Virus record (IMG/VR): IMGVR_UViG_3300025276_000075
Span: 1 to 38,658 of that record
Strand: one strand, 5' to 3'
DNA from: a virus
Taxonomy: Duplodnaviria > Caudoviricetes
DNA: 38,658 bases
Shown: positions 24,506 through 34,711 of the stretch, in pieces
Numbering within the stretch: the first letter of the stretch is position 1
How the letters are laid out: every line of letters begins with the position of its first letter
Made by a program: the position numbers and the translations under genes
Notes under the pieces: model-generated
Told to the model about the DNA's origin: nothing
Database searches by the model: none
The model's input: the letters and a program-made list of their open reading frames with translations, nothing else

Positions 24506-26026
24506 TTAGATGGGAACGTTGTAGAAGTTAACGGGAATAGAGGGATGTTCAATCTTCACTATCCCTAGCACTTCGTTCTTCCATAGCTCCCACGGCTTTT
24601 TATCTTCGCGCTTCATTACTATTCTGGTCTTATTAGTGTTTTCATTCTTAACTTCAGAGAAGTACTGACCAGCTCGCAGAAGCTCTGACCTAGTAAGACT
24701 TCTACCCAGCTCATCTGCCAACTCTTTCACTTCAGGAATATTTGCGTTCATCTTGATCATCTTTTCAGCACTGCTTGTTGGCTTTATTGCATTCTTAGAC
24801 GGATCGAGAACGGAGTACTGAGCGTATCGCTCAAGTTTGTTAAAATGCTGAGGATGTCCCAGTTCTGCGTTTGTCAGCCCCCTAACAGGACTTGGTTCCC
24901 CTGCCATTGTGCCAACAGCATATTTGCCTTGGAAATTTGTAATATAGTCGTTGGTTTTAGCTTCTAAACTGCCCGTACCGTTTCGTGCGTCATACAGTCT
25001 GGTTGCACTCTGGTAGATCTCATCTTCAAACTGCCCTACATATTGAGCGTATTTGAAATACCCAGAAGCTGCTTTCATTAAGTCGTCTGTTGCAATACCC
25101 AAGGGTACTGCGGGTAACGGCTTTCCGTCTTTATCAGCAACTGGATTACCATTGTCATCTAATTCTTGACCGCTTCGACCGCTACTTAATGGCGCGTTAT
25201 ATACCGTAATTTCGCCAGCCGCATTTTGCACTGTTACGTCAACCGTTCCTGTTAACACCCCGTCAACAACCTGCCAGTCAGGAGCTACTTCTTTCCCTGT
25301 TATTTTCCAGCCTTTACCATTTAGGTTTCCCGCTTTTGGCGTGTTTTGTTCTGTAAGCTCAGTGCCAATTTGCCGCATGTTGCTAGACCGTACAAATGTA
25401 TTAATTATGGGGGTCAAGCTTTCTCGGCTTGCGTCCTCACCGTTCTGCATTGCAGTCATCGCTTCTAGGAAGGCAGCGCCGTTAGCTTTGGTATCTGGGT
25501 CCACTGCGGCAAACGGACTTAGTAGACCGCCATTTGCTTTGTCTAAAAGCTCGTCTGCACGAGCATTCCATTCAGGGGTTCTAGCCGTAGCCGACTTACC
25601 CGTAGCTATATGGTTTATAAACGCTTGCGAATTTACGGCAATATCCTCTTCTTTTCTGATATTAGATAAGCGTTCTGCTTCTGTTTCGGTCTTTTGAGTA
25701 AGAGCGGCACTTTGAGCGTCAAGCAATCCCGCCCGAGAAGTATTTTCGATCTGATTCAGATCAAGCTGCGTCTTGTTGTTTTTTGCTGCGAGAAGTTTTG
25801 CTTCGGCATCGACGCCTCTTATACGGTTTAGCTCAACCTGATTATCAGTCTGATTTTTCCTGTATAAAGCCGTAGCATCCCGATCAAGATTATATCTTTG
25901 GGTCTGCATGTCCCGATCAAGATCGCCTTGGCGCTTCTGCTCATCTAGTCTTTTATTGTTAAGCGCTCTATCCTGAACATCACCGATCAGCCCGAAGCCT
26001 GATTTGAAACCGTCTGCAAAACTCAT
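24506..26026 (-). CDS. Internal virion / ejection protein
   Basis: MSFADGFKSGFGL N-terminus plus charged coiled coil; position in the ejection cluster. Confidence 0.7.
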   Translation of the reverse strand: MSFADGFKSGFGLIGDVQDRALNNKRLDEQKRQGDLDRDMQTQRYNLDRDATALYRKNQTDNQVELNRIRGVDAEAKLLAAKNNKTQLDLNQIENTSRAGLLDAQSAALTQKTETEAERLSNIRKEEDIAVNSQAFINHIATGKSATARTPEWNARADELLDKANGGLLSPFAAVDPDTKANGAAFLEAMTAMQNGEDASRESLTPIINTFVRSSNMRQIGTELTEQNTPKAGNLNGKGWKITGKEVAPDWQVVDGVLTGTVDVTVQNAAGEITVYNAPLSSGRSGQELDDNGNPVADKDGKPLPAVPLGIATDDLMKAASGYFKYAQYVGQFEDEIYQSATRLYDARNGTGSLEAKTNDYITNFQGKYAVGTMAGEPSPVRGLTNAELGHPQHFNKLERYAQYSVLDPSKNAIKPTSSAEKMIKMNANIPEVKELADELGRSLTRSELLRAGQYFSEVKNENTNKTRIVMKREDKKPWELWKNEVLGIVKIEHPSIPVNFYNVPI

Positions 26027-26035
26027 GATAAATGC

Positions 26036-26632
26036 CTAATCAAATAACTTGTTTAAAAGAAACGCTACACCTAAGCCGATAGCTACTGGTCCCGCTAGTG
26101 TGGCTAGACTAGCCATTGTTCCTGTGCTCCCTGCGGCTAGGTTTGCGGCTGCCAAATTTCCGGTGGCAGTTGTTGCGCCGCCTGCGCCTACTGCCGCTGT
26201 GCTGCCTGTGCCTACTGCCGCTGTGCTGCCTACTGTCGTTGTGCTCGCGTTTAAAGCCGCTGCCGCATCCGCAGTTGACGCGACGTTGCTTAAGGCGCTG
26301 CTGGCTGCTTCACCTGTAAGAGTCTCGGCACCCACAGTTGCAGGAGTAAAGGAAAGCCCTCCACCCTGTAAGCTTGCAGTTCCAGACCCTTGTATTGAGC
26401 TGTTGAGCGTTCCAACAGCATCAGTAGCGGCTTTTCCAGCCTGTGCAACTTTACCCGCACCAACCATTCCGCCAACGCCTGCAGCTGTGCCATAAGTCTG
26501 AGATTCGGCGGCAGTCTTCTGCGCCTCAATACCCATTCTCTGCTGATTTTCAACAGACTCAGCTCTGGCGACCGCACTCAGACCTTTAGAGCCAATGCCT
26601 CGTAAGCCTTGACCTACCGCAATCATTGTCAT
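26036..26632 (-). CDS. Gly/Ala-rich internal virion (pilot-like) protein with C-terminal membrane helix
   Basis: Composition; C-terminal GPVAIGLGVAFLLNKLF. Confidence 0.7.
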   Translation of the reverse strand: MTMIAVGQGLRGIGSKGLSAVARAESVENQQRMGIEAQKTAAESQTYGTAAGVGGMVGAGKVAQAGKAATDAVGTLNSSIQGSGTASLQGGGLSFTPATVGAETLTGEAASSALSNVASTADAAAALNASTTTVGSTAAVGTGSTAAVGAGGATTATGNLAAANLAAGSTGTMASLATLAGPVAIGLGVAFLLNKLFD

Positions 26633-27144
26633 TTACCTGCACTCCTTGCCTTTGTGGAAATGTTTGATAGAGAACCCGAAAGGAGACTCTGCCGACGATC
26701 ACCGTCACGCAATCTTGTGTCGTTAAGACCACCGACTAAACCGCCTACAGCAGCGGTCGAGTTGGCTACATTGCTATTGCCTTGCAAGCCCATGCGACTC
26801 ATGTCGCGGTTCTGCTGACCCTGAACATTGGTCACGGCACTTCCTACATTTGAACGAGTGTTAGCCAGATCTCCTGCTAACGACTTGGTACCTGTTGCAG
26901 TGATTTGCCCAGCCATAAAGTTTTCGACAGGCGCAAAGCGCTGGTCGTAGTCTTGCGTCTGCGCCCTGATCAGGTCCGCGTAAAGCCTGTCGCCGGGGTT
27001 ACGTTTAGCCTTAACACCCGCGTATTTGTTTGGATTAATGTTGGAGTAGGCGTTGTAATCTTCGGGGCTGTAAAACCGGTTTGCTTCATAAGCAGCTTCT
27101 GGATTTAGTCGGTTGAGATAGTTCGCGAAATATACGGTGTCCAT
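26629..27144 (-). CDS. Putative internal virion protein
   Basis: Gly/Asn/Gln-rich helical sequence; coupled to both neighbours. Confidence 0.65.
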   Translation of the reverse strand: MDTVYFANYLNRLNPEAAYEANRFYSPEDYNAYSNINPNKYAGVKAKRNPGDRLYADLIRAQTQDYDQRFAPVENFMAGQITATGTKSLAGDLANTRSNVGSAVTNVQGQQNRDMSRMGLQGNSNVANSTAAVGGLVGGLNDTRLRDGDRRQSLLSGSLSNISTKARSAGK

Positions 27145-27713
27145 TAGGCTGATCCTCCCAACCCATAACCTGCTGCCATGCCTGCGCCGGTACCTGCGAT
27201 TGAGGCAAGGCTCTGCGATTTGGCAAAGTCCCTCTTAGCCGCAGAACCCGCCCTATCTAAGCTGCCTTGCATGCGGTCTATGTTTCCTGCGACGGCTTGC
27301 GTTTGTAAGCCCTGACCCATCTGGATAACATTGCCTAAGTTTTGATATCCTGAGTCCGTATACGAAAGACCAGCGTCGCTGCCAGCAAGCCCCATGCCTC
27401 TAGCCTGAGCTTCGCGAAGCGCGTTTGACTCGCCTACGGCTCTGCCAGAGTTAGGGTCTAACCCCATCTGGAACTGGGCGCCGCGCATATCGCCAAAGCC
27501 TTCCTCATAGATAGCAGAGGTTTGGTTTTGAGCTGCCGCCATGGCTTGATCAGACGCACCGTCAGCAAACATCGCCTTCGAGTCATTGATATACATATTT
27601 TCTAACGGGACAAACACATCGCCGTAACGACGCAACGCATTCGCAGCTTGTTGCGCTAACGCATTCTTACTTTCCATCTCGTTTGGACCGTCTCCACCAC
27701 CACCACCACACAT
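27144..27713 (-). CDS. Putative internal virion protein
   Basis: MCGGGGG N-terminus typical of podoviral ejection proteins following the GNAT gene; Ala/Gly/Gln-rich. Confidence 0.7.
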   Translation of the reverse strand: MCGGGGGDGPNEMESKNALAQQAANALRRYGDVFVPLENMYINDSKAMFADGASDQAMAAAQNQTSAIYEEGFGDMRGAQFQMGLDPNSGRAVGESNALREAQARGMGLAGSDAGLSYTDSGYQNLGNVIQMGQGLQTQAVAGNIDRMQGSLDRAGSAAKRDFAKSQSLASIAGTGAGMAAGYGLGGSA

Positions 27714-27716
27714 ACG

Positions 27717-28181
27717 CTAAACCTCGCTTTTTAATAAAACCCCAGCTTCATTGAAGCCGTGGCGTTCCAGTAACTTTTTATAGCCATCACCAGCTATCCC
27801 TGATGTGATCCCTACACTGACTTCGTTGGCTCCTTTTCTAATCGCCCATAATTTAAAGCCAAGAATCATCGCGCTGACTGCGCTGCCTATACCGTCTCTG
27901 CGGTCGGGCTTAAATACCATCACCAAATCTTCTGCGATCTTTTCGTCTGAGAAGAAATACTCAACGACTCGACCAATAAAAAACCCAATGACTTCGCCTT
28001 CATCTTCTGCAATCAGTATTAGGGTGCCTGACAAGGGATCTACAGCTGATTTAACTAAGCCGTAAACCTTTCCGTCCGACCATCCGCAATTCTTAAAGTT
28101 GCTGTTTTCTTGGAACCATTTGCCAAGAGTATTGATAACCGCATAGTCTTCTAGCGACGGATTACGCACGACAATTGCCAT
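27717..28181 (-). CDS. GNAT-family acetyltransferase
   Basis: LIAEDEGEVIGFF...VFKPDRRDGIG...WAIRKGANEV...LLERHGF; start ATG 28181 (alternative GTG 28187). Confidence 0.85.
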   Translation of the reverse strand: MAIVVRNPSLEDYAVINTLGKWFQENSNFKNCGWSDGKVYGLVKSAVDPLSGTLILIAEDEGEVIGFFIGRVVEYFFSDEKIAEDLVMVFKPDRRDGIGSAVSAMILGFKLWAIRKGANEVSVGITSGIAGDGYKKLLERHGFNEAGVLLKSEV

Positions 28182-28326
28182 AGACACTGCCTTTAAGTAG
28201 TTTGGTTTTTTAAGCTATATTCGTTGGTTAACGAGGAGCTGATTCGGGGTGAGATGTTCCGAAGGGTCGGAGTCCCGCATACCCTTATGATACTTTAAAA
28301 TCAAGTGAATTACTAAAAAACTGCGC

Positions 28327-28788
28327 CTATTCGGGCATCGTTGGGAACAAGCTTTCAGTTTCGTAAGAGCTGACTAAGTCTTCATTTGCATCATCGGAGA
28401 ACTGTTGAGGAATATCTCGCAAAGCCTGCCTATACACTGTCCACTCCGCCCTCTTAGAATCGGATAGTGCGCTGTCACGCATCTGCGTCCAATCGCAAGC
28501 TGATAGCTTGATATCTCTACTAACTCTTACGCCTTCCCAGAACAAGGAAGCGCTAAATATCCACGCGGATTCCGACCATTGATGATATGCAGAGGGCTGT
28601 GAATCCCGTGTCTGCCAACCATTACTCCAGACCCAAGTCGAAAGAACCGCCTGATCATCAGATGTGTGGCTTATATGCCTAGCCACGCATCCATGATAAG
28701 TCCGCCCATCGACGTACATATCATCAACAGCAGGGCTTATCGTATAAGCAACTTCACCGTTAGTTTTTACCATTGCTACTTTTATCAT
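28327..28788 (-). CDS. Tail (fibre) assembly chaperone
   Basis: VRVSRDIKLSACDWTQMRD...AEWTVYRQALRDIPQQ signature. Confidence 0.88.
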   Translation of the reverse strand: MIKVAMVKTNGEVAYTISPAVDDMYVDGRTYHGCVARHISHTSDDQAVLSTWVWSNGWQTRDSQPSAYHQWSESAWIFSASLFWEGVRVSRDIKLSACDWTQMRDSALSDSKRAEWTVYRQALRDIPQQFSDDANEDLVSSYETESLFPTMPE

Positions 28789-29483
28789 CCGAAAGTTCCT
28801 ATTAAGCTCGTTCTAAATCCGCCGCCAGCAGCAGAGCCACCTTGATTTGCTATGAACTGAAATATTTTTACCTCTGAGCGAATGGTCTTATTTGTATAAT
28901 TCCATCTTGAGGTCAATCCGTAAATAATCGAACCCTGATAACCCACGTTCGCTCTTCCAATATAGGTTTTGCCGCTCATAAGGGCGTAAACTCCAGACAT
29001 GCTGGATAATGAAAAAATGGTTCCATAATCTGTGGCTTGACCCGGTGGGTCATTGAAATCATCAAACGCTACTTGCTGGCACCTGAAATTTCCATCGTTA
29101 GCGCTAAAAGCCTGATCTCCGTTAGCCTTGTTTACTTCTAAGCCGTAGTCTGAGCTATTGTTAGCGGGCATAGCCGCTGACCTAACAGCTATTACCCAGT
29201 CAACAGCTACACTGGCAGACGTGTCAAATGGTAAACCGAAAACGAAAGAGGGCGCTCCGCCGCCGGTCCACTCCGAAAACCACACATACTTATCTCCTGA
29301 TTCAATCGATGGTTTTGCAAAAATAAGGTAATCCGCCGGAGTGTTAGCAGGGAATGCGACAGGGGAATAACTGTTCACTCCCCTTGCTGTAGCTGTCCCG
29401 CTTGCAAAGACGGCAAGATTTTCGTAAGTACCGTCTATTTGCACGAAGCCGCCAGTACTTGTGACGCTAATTCCGTAGCTCAT
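28785..29483 (-). CDS. Tail-tip associated beta-rich protein
   Basis: Two YG(I/L)xV modules (MSYGISV, DYGLEV); downstream of the J-like gene. Confidence 0.65.
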   Translation of the reverse strand: MSYGISVTSTGGFVQIDGTYENLAVFASGTATARGVNSYSPVAFPANTPADYLIFAKPSIESGDKYVWFSEWTGGGAPSFVFGLPFDTSASVAVDWVIAVRSAAMPANNSSDYGLEVNKANGDQAFSANDGNFRCQQVAFDDFNDPPGQATDYGTIFSLSSMSGVYALMSGKTYIGRANVGYQGSIIYGLTSRWNYTNKTIRSEVKIFQFIANQGGSAAGGGFRTSLIGTFG

Positions 29484-29761
29484 ATTCTAAAAACCTGAAC
29501 TTTGTATGGATGCGTTTGATAATTACTCGAATTTGTCAAACGGAACTCGCCGGAAAGTAAAGACAAAGAAACATCAAAATTTTCAGTGCCAAGTTCATTT
29601 AGCCCCCAAGTACCGTCTGTTGACATCCCCGACACAGGAACAGTAACGGCAGATCCTGCGGCGACAGCACCAGTGTAAAAGGCTACAAACCTACACTCCC
29701 TGTCAGCAGTGTCCAGCCTGATATTCCCATTTGCATCCCAAACTCTTAAGCCGTATGCCAC
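29480..29761 (-). CDS. Small tail-tip associated protein
   Basis: MAYGLRVWDANGNIRLD motif typical of genes following J-like tail tips. Confidence 0.7.
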   Translation of the reverse strand: MAYGLRVWDANGNIRLDTADRECRFVAFYTGAVAAGSAVTVPVSGMSTDGTWGLNELGTENFDVSLSLLSGEFRLTNSSNYQTHPYKVQVFRI

Positions 29762-32688
29762 TACGATAGATTCCCTAGCTTAACTCTAAGCACATTGCCT
29801 GAGTCGAAGACCCTAATAACATCCGCGTCCATTTCCATGCGCTGTCCGGTGGTTGCGCTCTTGATCTGAAACGAAGGCGACACACCAGCTATCGTCACTG
29901 TGCTGGCGTCTATAGTCCCGCTAGAAATTCTATCTGCAGAAATAGATCCAGCCGTTATTTTGTCTGCGTTGAGGCTAGAAATCTTCGCGTCATCGATAGC
30001 CGCGTCGGCAATCTTAGCGTTGACAATCGTGCCGTTCTTAATAAAGCCGTCGGTCATATAGACGCCAGCAGGAACCGCCACGCCATTAATCGTAGTTGGA
30101 GTTGCCTGAACAACAAATGGGGTTGTTGCTGCTGTATTGTTACTACCGCCTCGCATGATGGCAAAGCGGTCGGCATTTACTATGAACTCGCTAACGTTGT
30201 TGCCTGAAGATGTCGTGGTATTGGCTAAGCCGAAACCGGCGACTGCGCCATTCGTATCGATCTTAACGGTGTACTGCCCCTTCAATGTCCCGTTCACATC
30301 AGCTTGCGTAGTCATGGCTTGCCCGAGAGTTACCTGACTTGAACCGCCGTTAGGGTCGTCAACTGAAGAACTTAAAATATCCGATGTGGTGGCAAAAGCG
30401 CCATCAGCATCTGTCTTAGTGTAGTAGTTTGACGTTAAATCAGCTGTGGTAGTGTAGTTAGCACCAATCGTATTAGTGTTGTAATTCGTAATTGCTGCAG
30501 CAACCGCTCCATCTGCATTAGTCTTAGTGTAGTGGTTAGCAACTAAGTCAGCAGTGTTAGTGTAGTCAGCACCGATAGTATCAGTGTTATAAGACGTAAT
30601 TGCTGCAGAGATCGCGCCATCAGCACTAGTCTTAGTGTAATAGTTCTGAGTTAAGCTCGCCGTAGTAGTGTAGTTAGCACCAATAGTGTCTGTGTTGTAG
30701 GTGTTAATAGCAGCAGAAATAGCAGAGTCAGCATTGGTCTTGGTGTAGTGATTAGCAACTAAGCCAGCTGTGTTGGTGTAGTTTGCGCCAATCGTATCAG
30801 TGTTGTAAGTATTTATCGCGGCGGCGGTGGCGCTATCAGCAGTAGTTTTAGTGTAATGGTTAGCAACTAAGGCAGCAGTATTAGTGTAATCAGCACCAAT
30901 AGTGTCGGTATTGTAGGTGTTAATAGCAGCGGAAATTGCCGAGTCTGCAGTAGTTTTAGTGTAGTAAGCCTGCTCTAAGGCGGCAGTATTAGTGTAATCA
31001 GCACCAATAGTGTCGGTGTTGTAAGTATTTATGGCTGCAGAGATTGCCGAGTCTGCATTAGTCTTAGTGTAGTGGTTAGCAACTAAGTCAGCTGAGTTGG
31101 TGTAGTTAGCGCTAATCGTATCAGTGTTATAAGTATTGATTGCAGCAGATGTCGCGGAGTCTGCGTTAGTCTTAGTGTAATGGTTAGCAACTAAATCGGC
31201 GGTGTTTGTGTAGTTAGCACCGATAGTATCAGTGTTATAAGACGTAATTGCCGCAGCAACTGCGGAGTCTGCAGTCGTCTTAGTATAATGGTTAGCAACT
31301 AAATCAGCGGTGTTCGTGTAGTTGGCGCCGATAGTATTGGTGTTGTAAGTGTTTATTTGGGCTGCAATTGCCGAGTCTGCACTGGTTTTAGTGTAATAAT
31401 TACTCGTCAGATCCGCAGTGCTGGTGTAGTTAGCACCAATAGTATTTGTGTTGTAAGTGTTTATTTGAGCAGCAATTGCCGAGTCCGCACTGGTTTTAGT
31501 GTAATAATTACTTGTCAGATCCGCAGTACTGGTGTAGTTAGCACCAATAGTATTTGTGTTGTAAGTACTTATGGCGGCAGAAATAGCAGAGTCTGCATTT
31601 GTTTTGGTGTAGTGATTTGTCGTTAAGTCAGCCGTGTTAGTGTAATCACCGAGAGCAGTATTAACTTCAGTAGTAGATGCTAATCCCAACACCGCAGCCT
31701 GAATAGCAGAATTTGCTTGGACAAGGGAGTAGTAGTTGCTCTCAAGCGAAGCGGTCGATGTATAGTCTGCAAGGCTTGTGCTCAGAGAGCTGGTCGAAAC
31801 AGTACTGGCAAGAGTCGTCGTAATCGTGCCTACGTCTGTAGTTAACCCCGCTATGCTTGTGTTAATCCCACTGATACCTGAATTAATTCCGCTGATGTCT
31901 GAGTTAATTCCACTGACGTCTGAAGTAAGCCCCGCGATGTCCGAATTAATTGAGGAGAGGTCAGGCGTAATTGTGGATAGGTCTGCGTCAATCCCGTCAA
32001 GGACTGTATTAATCGCAGCGATGTCTGAGGTAACTGCAGTCAAGCTGGTCTGAATGCCAGCGACCTCCCCAATCGGAGTCGATAAACTACTCGCAAGTTC
32101 TGAAGAAGTAATCGCGCCAGCTAGTGTTGCAAGAATTAACGCTACGTCAGGGGCTGTTTGACCTCTGGTTCCGGCGGAGGAGTTAAATGGTCCGGCTACA
32201 CCGTTCTCATTTACAGCTCTGACCCAATAGTAAAAGTCAGCGCTTTGTCCTGTGGAGTCGCTGTATATACCTACAATCGCCCCGCCTACTTGAGCGATCA
32301 AACTGGCGCCAGCAATTGCGTCGGATGTGTGCCTAAACACTTCAACATAAGAGTGACCTACGTATGACTCTAAGTCCCATGTAAGAATGATGTTCTGAAA
32401 TGCGCCGCTAGCCGATAAGTTGGTAGGAGCGGGCGGGACATCATACACTGGGAGATTCCCCGTTGGAGCCAGACCGCTAGATCCGCCAGAGAAGGTAATC
32501 GAACCAATTGCGAGTCTTGCAATACCGCTGTCGAGTAAGTCCCTAGCAGTGATCGCCCTATCTAAAGGATCGCCATTAAATCCAGCCAGAATATCAACGC
32601 TATTCTTAAGCGTCTCGCCGAATCTGCGATCTTGTCCTGACCACTTCTGAGGGACAGGCATATTTCCTTTTTTGTTAGATTTATACAC
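29761..32688 (-). CDS. Central tail fibre / host-specificity J-like protein (FNIII, coiled coil, repeats, DUF1983-like domain)
   Basis: FNIII-like PPAPTNL...YYWVRAVN; YTVKIDTNGAVAGFGL...SEFIVNADRFAI; C-terminal LRVKLGNL. Confidence 0.85.
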   Translation of the reverse strand: MYKSNKKGNMPVPQKWSGQDRRFGETLKNSVDILAGFNGDPLDRAITARDLLDSGIARLAIGSITFSGGSSGLAPTGNLPVYDVPPAPTNLSASGAFQNIILTWDLESYVGHSYVEVFRHTSDAIAGASLIAQVGGAIVGIYSDSTGQSADFYYWVRAVNENGVAGPFNSSAGTRGQTAPDVALILATLAGAITSSELASSLSTPIGEVAGIQTSLTAVTSDIAAINTVLDGIDADLSTITPDLSSINSDIAGLTSDVSGINSDISGINSGISGINTSIAGLTTDVGTITTTLASTVSTSSLSTSLADYTSTASLESNYYSLVQANSAIQAAVLGLASTTEVNTALGDYTNTADLTTNHYTKTNADSAISAAISTYNTNTIGANYTSTADLTSNYYTKTSADSAIAAQINTYNTNTIGANYTSTADLTSNYYTKTSADSAIAAQINTYNTNTIGANYTNTADLVANHYTKTTADSAVAAAITSYNTDTIGANYTNTADLVANHYTKTNADSATSAAINTYNTDTISANYTNSADLVANHYTKTNADSAISAAINTYNTDTIGADYTNTAALEQAYYTKTTADSAISAAINTYNTDTIGADYTNTAALVANHYTKTTADSATAAAINTYNTDTIGANYTNTAGLVANHYTKTNADSAISAAINTYNTDTIGANYTTTASLTQNYYTKTSADGAISAAITSYNTDTIGADYTNTADLVANHYTKTNADGAVAAAITNYNTNTIGANYTTTADLTSNYYTKTDADGAFATTSDILSSSVDDPNGGSSQVTLGQAMTTQADVNGTLKGQYTVKIDTNGAVAGFGLANTTTSSGNNVSEFIVNADRFAIMRGGSNNTAATTPFVVQATPTTINGVAVPAGVYMTDGFIKNGTIVNAKIADAAIDDAKISSLNADKITAGSISADRISSGTIDASTVTIAGVSPSFQIKSATTGQRMEMDADVIRVFDSGNVLRVKLGNLS
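30397..31644 (-). repeat. 108-bp (36-aa) coding tandem repeat, 11 full copies plus 1 partial
   Basis: Unit consensus YTNTADLVANHYTKTNADSAISAAINTYNTDTIGAN; 108-bp period holds from 31644 to 30456. Confidence 0.92.
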
Positions 32689-34330
32689 CTATCTCCTCCG
32701 CACTTTCGTAAACACACACTTCATTAACCGGCACAGCTCCGCTCAACTCTATCTCGAACTCATTAGCCTTATACCCACTCGGCAATCTAAAGGCGTTACT
32801 GCTGGTGACAGTCTGCGTGTGTTTAAGCTGCCCATCCGCATATAGCTTAAATATCGGGTTGGGGCTGTAACTGTCGCACTCTACTTTGGCAACAGCGGGA
32901 TTGATTGGTCTGGGGTTGTAGAATTTCTTTCCCCGCCAAGTAAAATTTTCGCTAGAGCTTCCTTCGGCAAAAACTACCAGAGATCCTCCCACAACTAAGT
33001 AAAGGCTGTCTGACTCTAGGTCGTTAAAGCCAGCAGTTGCATGGAAGTCCAGTTTAACGAATGAGTTCTTTCCGCCTCTAGGGTCAAAGATGAAACCCTT
33101 GCTCTCAGCCCCGTTGTTGTAGAAGGCGACATAATGCCCCTCCCACTGAAAAGCAACTATGGAGGAGGGCGTGTATCCCTGCCACTGGTCTCTGGTAAAG
33201 GTCTGGTCTGTAACTAAATTTAAACCACTCTCAGTCGCCATAACCAAGCCGTCAGGCGATGAGTACATAACGAACTCGCCCATATCAACGACAGACCGCT
33301 TCGACACACAAGACAGTGAGCTGTCCACCTCCATCATGCTCATTGACGATGGGTCAAGACCCTGAATAATTGCTGGCTTCTCCTTAGTTAGCACTAGGAG
33401 ACCAGTGTTAAGCGGGGCGATAGCAACGATGTCAGACTTAACTGTTAGCTTGTATTCGTCAGGGTAGGCGTGAGGTTGAAATGCCTCGCTGAAAAAGACT
33501 GTCTGACCAGCGAACCCAGCAAGGATTCCGTTAGGCATTGAGACTAAACCCAGCATTGGTCCCTCGGGATGATCAGCGCTAACGTCATCAGCCGGAGCGT
33601 CAAACGTAGACGTTGGAATCTCTTCGCCAAGAACTGCATCCAAAACATTGTCGGTAAAGGTATCTGTTGCAATTGCGACATCACCAACGAATCTGTAAGT
33701 CCCTCCTGCATCTGTCCTATATACGCGCTTCTTTAGAAGGTTATAGTTGCCAGACGGGTTAGGAGGAAAGTCTAAAGTGACCGATTGATCTGTGTGAACA
33801 GTCACAACCTGAGCGGCTTCGGCGTCGCAGTTAACGCCTTCTTCTCCGTAGTAAGAAACGTACGTAAAAACGTACGATCTTGCCTGCGGAACCTCGGTAT
33901 CAACATTTGCTGAAGTTGAGGGAGACAAGGTTACCGACGTTAGATCTTCAGGCTTTGGTATGCCTAAACGGTAGTACGTACTATTACCCACTATCTGAGC
34001 AGTGGTCATCTGCGGAAACCCAGCTGAGCCACTAAACCCTGTCAAATAAATTCTTTCGTGAGGGTCTTCAGCGATAGGTGACCTAGCTATATCAAGCTCT
34101 GAGTTACTGGCTATCCATACAGATGAGCTGTGCTTATATATGCTTTTAGTTGCAGCCGATATAGACCCAGTAGCAAAGGTGATAGAGCTAGACGAATTGC
34201 TTTTCCACGGCTCTAGACGACCAGAATCAAGTCGGCAGTTAGTCGCAACCTGTGCCATGTCGTCGGGAAGTAGTCTGGCATACACTTTAGGGGCTTGCCC
34301 GCTGAATGTTTGTAACTTAAAGCCTGTCAT
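32681..34330 (-). CDS. Tail tubular/nozzle (stabilisation) protein
   Basis: FSGQAPKVYARLLP...AQVATN; beta-propeller-like FSEAFQPHAYP, CVSKRSVV, YSSPDGLV; C-terminal AFRLPSG. Confidence 0.75.
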   Translation of the reverse strand: MTGFKLQTFSGQAPKVYARLLPDDMAQVATNCRLDSGRLEPWKSNSSSSITFATGSISAATKSIYKHSSSVWIASNSELDIARSPIAEDPHERIYLTGFSGSAGFPQMTTAQIVGNSTYYRLGIPKPEDLTSVTLSPSTSANVDTEVPQARSYVFTYVSYYGEEGVNCDAEAAQVVTVHTDQSVTLDFPPNPSGNYNLLKKRVYRTDAGGTYRFVGDVAIATDTFTDNVLDAVLGEEIPTSTFDAPADDVSADHPEGPMLGLVSMPNGILAGFAGQTVFFSEAFQPHAYPDEYKLTVKSDIVAIAPLNTGLLVLTKEKPAIIQGLDPSSMSMMEVDSSLSCVSKRSVVDMGEFVMYSSPDGLVMATESGLNLVTDQTFTRDQWQGYTPSSIVAFQWEGHYVAFYNNGAESKGFIFDPRGGKNSFVKLDFHATAGFNDLESDSLYLVVGGSLVVFAEGSSSENFTWRGKKFYNPRPINPAVAKVECDSYSPNPIFKLYADGQLKHTQTVTSSNAFRLPSGYKANEFEIELSGAVPVNEVCVYESAEEIGV

Positions 34331-34692
34331 TACTTCTTTTCCCTCTTGTTCATAACGCCCTCAAAGGCACCGCCGCCAAAGTAGAAGCCGATAATGGTTA
34401 GCATGATCCAGTCAATCTTGAATGCTGTTATAAGTTCCTGAACAGGACCAATCTCCTTACCCATAAAGAACAAGGACAGCACCATTAGGTACGACAAGAC
34501 AAAGGTAAAACCAAAGATTAAAGCTAGGTATCTTTGCGCCACTTTAAATGGAGCGTAACTACTCAGTAGGTCAGTCTTTGCTTTTGTCTTTGCCTCAATC
34601 GCCTCTACGTCGGAAGTGTGCATGCCGTCTATAAGATCAAGACCTTTACTCAGGACATCTCCGCTGCCTAATAATGTCGCTAGAATTCCCAT
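34330..34692 (-). CDS. Holin (3TM/GTA-holin-like)
   Basis: Amphipathic N-terminus, two hydrophobic segments, IIGFYFGG, basic C-terminus. Confidence 0.7.
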   Translation of the reverse strand: MGILATLLGSGDVLSKGLDLIDGMHTSDVEAIEAKTKAKTDLLSSYAPFKVAQRYLALIFGFTFVLSYLMVLSLFFMGKEIGPVQELITAFKIDWIMLTIIGFYFGGGAFEGVMNKREKK

Positions 34693-34711
34693 GTATACCT
34701 CTAGTTATAAA

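Noticed and set aside
26049-26495. 148-aa plus-strand ORF and the many other antisense ORFs over long genes
   Set aside because: Shadow frames of well-supported minus-strand genes; no independent signals
30397-31644. Repeat array as CRISPR
   Set aside because: Contiguous in-frame coding repeats with no unique spacers; no cas genes
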